Shown: positions 59,884 to 64,000 of the stretch, one piece after another | Layout of the letters: every line of letters begins with the position of its first letter | Numbering within the stretch: position 1 is the stretch's first letter | Source: Octopus vulgaris | Taxonomy: Eukaryota | DNA length: 64,000 nucleotides | Direction of reading: 5' to 3' | Assembly: GCA_951406725.2 (NCBI GenBank) | Contig: OX597814.1 | Coordinates: forward strand, 9,610,001-9,674,000 | The notes under the pieces: generated by a model | Databases searched by the model: none | Seen by the model: the letters and a program-made list of their open reading frames with translations, nothing else | Told to the model about the DNA's origin: nothing | Translations under genes and position numbers: made by a program

Positions 59884-60174
59884 CAGTGGTTCTTAACCAG
59901 CTTTTGCTTATCGACCCCTTTGAATCCTGTTTTACTTAGGGATGGGGAACCGTCATGACCACTCGATACCTAAAAGCTCTTCTATCTTTACGAATAAATA
60001 TTTTAAGGAATTGTATAAAAAGTGTTTAAATACTTTGTGTACTTTAGAAATATAACTAGTTTATGGCACATAAATTTTAACAACAAAATGTACGAACCCC
60101 TAAGGAAGTTATATAGATCTCCAAGGGCCATATAGACCTCCAAAGGTCATTTGGGCTCTGGTTGAGAACCACTG
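59884..60174. mobile_element. hAT (Charlie-like) MITE
   Basis: TIRs CAGTGGTTCTTAACCAG / CTGGTTGAGAACCACTG with a perfect 8-bp TSD ATTTAGCT (59876-59883, 60175-60182). Confidence 0.93.
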
Positions 60175-60979
60175 ATTTAGCTGCATATGCTCCCCACTTT
60201 CGGTCACTTGTTTCAAAAGTCTCTCCTCTTCCTGCAACTTTTCCTGTGTCTCACCTCTCAGATCCTGATCGAAACATTTCGCCCAGTTGTCTTTTCAAAT
60301 AAAACGACCGAAATTACCGCCAAAGCTTACTTTTTCATGCAGATGTTCAAGCTGCACATCAAGTGCATCAGTTGCACCAGCATAGAAGGCTGTATGGCGG
60401 TCACATGCACTGCTCATTCGCCACAGAAATATCATTTAAAGTATGTAAACAAAGTCATACTGGTGATGAGAGTAAGTTTACGAGGTTGATGGAGACGACT
60501 ACTCTCTAACACTGACATTTATGTGTTCCAGCTCTCTGTTCTCTGAGTTCAGATCCTGCAGAGGTAGACTACATTTTCAACTCTTCGGGATCAATAAACA
60601 AAGTACCATTCAAAAACTTGCACGTTTTTCTTCCCAACTGTCTCGCTCTCACCCTTTCTTTCTTTTACAATTGATCATGGTGAAGATGCCAAGAAAAGAG
60701 CGATTGCATAGTGGCACAGCAAGTCAGTTAGCCATTTTCTATGAACTCACTATAAAGATCTCTAAAGCGACTGTTTCAGTTACATTTTTTCCTTTTTGAT
60801 ATCTTCATTAGGAGCCGATACTCCATGGTCTATTGCATATTCAATGAGCTAGTGAGAGTGCTTCTACGTGAGCGGTTGCTCGACATGCGAGAAATAGCAG
60901 TCAAAAGTGAGATGAAGAAAAAAAAAAAACTTCACTAATGGACAGGTTCTTTATTTAACGAACGGAATAGATGGTCGTC

Positions 60980-61102
60980 TGTTCTACTATACCCAGGACT
61001 AAAGGAGAGGACACTTGTCCAAGGTGCTGCGCAGAGAGACTGAACCCAAAACCACGTAGTTGTCATGCAACCTTCTTTAACCACACAGCCATGCTTGCGC
61101 CC
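60980..61102 (-). mobile_element. SINE family A head, diverged
   Basis: GACACTTGTCCAAGGTGCTGCGCAG...GACTGAACCC...ACCACACAGCCATGCTTGCGCC. Confidence 0.7.
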
Positions 61103-61484
61103 ATCTGTGTAGATATTAAGAGTATGTTTCTGAAAACACTACCTTGTAATATTTGTTCGAGCTGTCTATGTTATGAGCTCCAGTTCTACCAAAGGCAGCA
61201 TAAAACAGTTGTTATCCATCTGTCTCTTAAGACAGTAATGAAGGAAGCTTCTGAGATATCTATGTCTCTTGTATTCTAGTTGCAATATAACTAACTGACG
61301 ATTTCACATAGTTCAGTGTATTTTCTTTTACTATGTACAAAGACATATCATGCAATAAAAGAATTTTACTTAATTAATTCGATCTTAATATAATACGATC
61401 GGCACAAAAGTAGCTGAATGGTGCTTCCAATTAACTGCCCAGTTCAGTATTCAAATTCGTTTTCGTACATTCTCAATATAGATA

Positions 61485-61703
61485 CTCTTTTTACTCTTTT
61501 TACTTGTTTCAGTCATTTGACTGCGGTCATGCTGGAGCACCGCCTTTAGTCGAGCAAATCGACCCCCGGGACTTATTCTTTGTAAGCCCAGTACTTATTC
61601 TATCGGTCTCTTTTGCCGAACCGCTAAGTTACGGGGACGTAAACACACCAGCATCGGTTGTCAAGCAATGCTAGGGGAACAAACACAGACACACAAACGT
61701 ATT

Positions 61704-61737
<34 letters not shown>

Positions 61738-61901
61738 CGACAAGCTTCTTTCAGTTTCCGTCTACCAAATCCACTCACAAGGCATTGGTCGGCCCGGGGC
61801 TATAGCAGAAGACACGTGCCCAAGATGCCACGCAGTGGGACTGAACCCGGAACCATGTGGCTGGTTAGCAAGCTACTTACCAAACAGCCACTCCTGCGCC
61901 T
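61485..61901 (-). mobile_element. SINE family A, full length
   Basis: Complete copy, highly similar to 38120-38524. Confidence 0.93.
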
Positions 61902-62459
61902 ATATGTTGCTTTTCTTTTTTTAAACTTTAGTCATTAGGAGGACGTATGACAAAATGCTTTGCGCTAATTGTTTCAGTTCTCTGTGTTCTAAGTTGAAAT
62001 CTCTACGAGGTCATTTTCGCTATTCATTCTTTCGGGGTTGATGAAATAAAGCACCAAGGTGCCTTGCGGTATTTATTCCTGCCCTTTCTGTTTTGATGTT
62101 TTGGGTGGTAGGGGTTGAAATTCCCTACTTGAATCGTACAAGCATTCAGACCAGGTTTTCTGTTTGAGGATAGATTTATCTCTTCCTTCCTTCCTTCCTT
62201 CCTTTCATTTGTATCTGAGGTCCTTTGATAGAATTGTTAGGGCGCTCTTTGGGTTCTGAGTTCTTAGGGAGTTGACTTTATCCTTTCAAGTACTGCTGTA
62301 AATAGCGCAATTGAGCTAGAACGTTAAAACTTAGTGCACATGTTCAGCAGAGTTCAAGGTCAGTCTGTGCCAAGCGGCTTATTCTGCGTACTTTGCTTCG
62401 TTACTAGTGCAACAATCCAGGTATTGAGTGATCAGACCACCTATACGTATATATATTTA

Positions 62460-62640
62460 TGTGTGTGTGTGTGTGTGTGTGTGTTTTCACCCCACCCCCC
62501 ACTTGACAGCCGATGTAGTGTGTTTGCGTCCCCATAACTTACAGGTTCGGCAAAGGTGTCGATTTCTTCAACTAAAAATCCTTTAAAAGCGGTGCTCCAG
62601 CATGGCCGCAGTCAAATGACTGAAATAAGTAAAGGAATAA
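62460..62640 (+). mobile_element. SINE family A 3' half, diverged
   Basis: CTTGACAGCCGATG...GCGGTGCTCCAGCATGGCCGCAGTCAAATGACTGAAA. Confidence 0.75.
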
Positions 62641-62754
62641 AGGAATTAAACAAATATCAAACATGGTAAACATATATAAAAATGCTTTTTTAAGAAAATT
62701 GCCCGATTTTACTGAAATAGATATTCAATTCTGGGACACCCTGTAGAGTGGATC

Positions 62755-62985
62755 TCAGTCGTTTGATCAACTAAATTTCCGACTCTGGTAAGTGGCTGAG
62801 CATTCCGTAGACAAGAGTATTTTTATGCAGAATCAACGTGTTAGGGGTGTAACAAGGCCGTACATTTCTGAATTATGAAAAAAAAAATCATCTTTGCTCA
62901 GGGACACAACGCGCTGTTCGGTCCAGGAATCGAACCCGTGACTTCATGATCATGAGTCCAACACCATAACCATCAGGCTAAGCAC
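62755..62985 (-). mobile_element. Diverged SINE of the 30918-31160 type
   Basis: TTGCTCAGGGACACAACGCGCTGTTCGGTCCAGGAATCGAACCC...ATGATCATGAG (tRNA-like head in reverse). Confidence 0.6.
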
Positions 62986-63251
62986 CCAGTGATGCCATGC
63001 AAGGTAAACTCCCGCCCCTCCTCAAATACTCTCACCGCAAATCAGTGGCAGTAGATAACAGGTATAAGAAATATAGCAATACTAACTTGTATACATACAC
63101 ACACACATATTTATACATCCATCCATATACGTACATACATACACACACACACATATGTATGTATATATATTTGTTGTGTTAAATGATGAGGTCAACAGGA
63201 GTCAGCGATATCAAATAGATATATCTGTCACCAGTCCACTCAAACAAAGAG

Positions 63252-63317
<66 letters not shown>

Positions 63318-63547
63318 TCAGGCAGGCACAAACATTGATTTACATACACATACATATTTACATAATGTTATTTTCTGAGGAAAACAAAAGTTTTACTGAA
63401 CGTAATCTGAGACTAAATAGACATTATCATTGCTGACTGAAAGATCCACTTAGAGAAAGATGATGGCCCAGTGTGGCATCGGCGTCGGCGTAGCGTTGCA
63501 GCCAAATGTATTTCTCTACTGGTATTGTTGTCAGTTACTAAAGGCGG

Positions 63548-63894
63548 TTATGAAGGCGCATGGCTCAGTGGTTAGAGCGTCGAGCTTACGATCGTGAGGT
63601 TGTGAGCTCGAATCCCGGACCGGGCTGCGTGTTGTGTTCTTGAGCAAGACACTTTATTTCACGTTGCTCCAGTTCACTCAGCTGTAGAAATGAGTTGCGA
63701 CGTCACGGGTGCCAAGCTGTATCGGCCTTTGCCTTTCCCTTGGACAACATCGGTGACGTGGAGAGGGGAGGCTGGTATGCATGGGCGACTACTGGTCTTC
63801 CATAAAACAACCTTGCCCAGACTTGTGCCTCAGAGGGTAACTCTCTAGGTGCAAACCCATGGTCACTCATGACCGAAGGGGGTCTTTACCCCCT
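63548..63894 (+). mobile_element. SINE family B, full length, with 13-bp TSD
   Basis: TSD TTACTAAAGGCGG at 63535-63547 and 63895-63907. Confidence 0.93.
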
Positions 63895-63900
63895 TTACTA

Positions 63901-64000
63901 AAGGCGGCGAGCTGGCAGAAACGTTAGCACGTCGGGCGACATGCGTAGCCGTATTTCGTCTGCCGTTACGTTCTGAGTTCAAATTCCTCCGAGGTCGACT
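63901..64000 (+). mobile_element. SINE family C head (runs off window end)
   Basis: AAGGCGGCGAGCTGGCAGAAACGTTAGCAC...GAGTTCAAATTCC. Confidence 0.9.

Noticed and set aside
62725-62746. CTGGGACACCCTGTA (miR-10-like or Tc1/mariner-like terminus)
   Set aside because: No miRNA hairpin; a lone TIR-like end with no partner found.
63552-63625. tRNA genes at SINE heads (also 332, 26286, 28442)
   Set aside because: A and B boxes are present but there is no proper acceptor stem, and they continue into SINE bodies.

Overview
AT-rich eukaryotic non-coding DNA (intergenic or deep intronic), dominated by microsatellites ((TA)n, (CA)n, (ATCT)n, (ATGT)n, AAT/GAT/CAT) and transposon debris. The repeat style and SINE families point to an octopus/cephalopod genome (inference). 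I found no intact host protein-coding gene, and almost all ORF-track entries are translations of simple repeats. Recognisable elements: three tRNA-headed SINE families (here A, B, C); L1/Tx1-clade LINE 3' fragments clustered at 31.4-35.2 kb; RTE-type fragments; a Tc1 transposase remnant with DD36E spacing; two mariner remnants; pogo/Tc2- and hAT-type MITEs; a non-autonomous Helitron; and a tRNA-Gln retrocopy. The most notable signal is about ten minimal type-I hammerhead ribozyme motifs in short Penelope-like end fragments, mostly lodged in (TA)n tracts. They come from several unrelated sequence families. They show compensatory swaps of the core 3-8 pair (C-G, U-A, G-C), a recurrent A6U variant and family-specific palindromic helix III, and every copy with an intact core lies on the minus strand. 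All calls were made by eye and none was checked by a database search.
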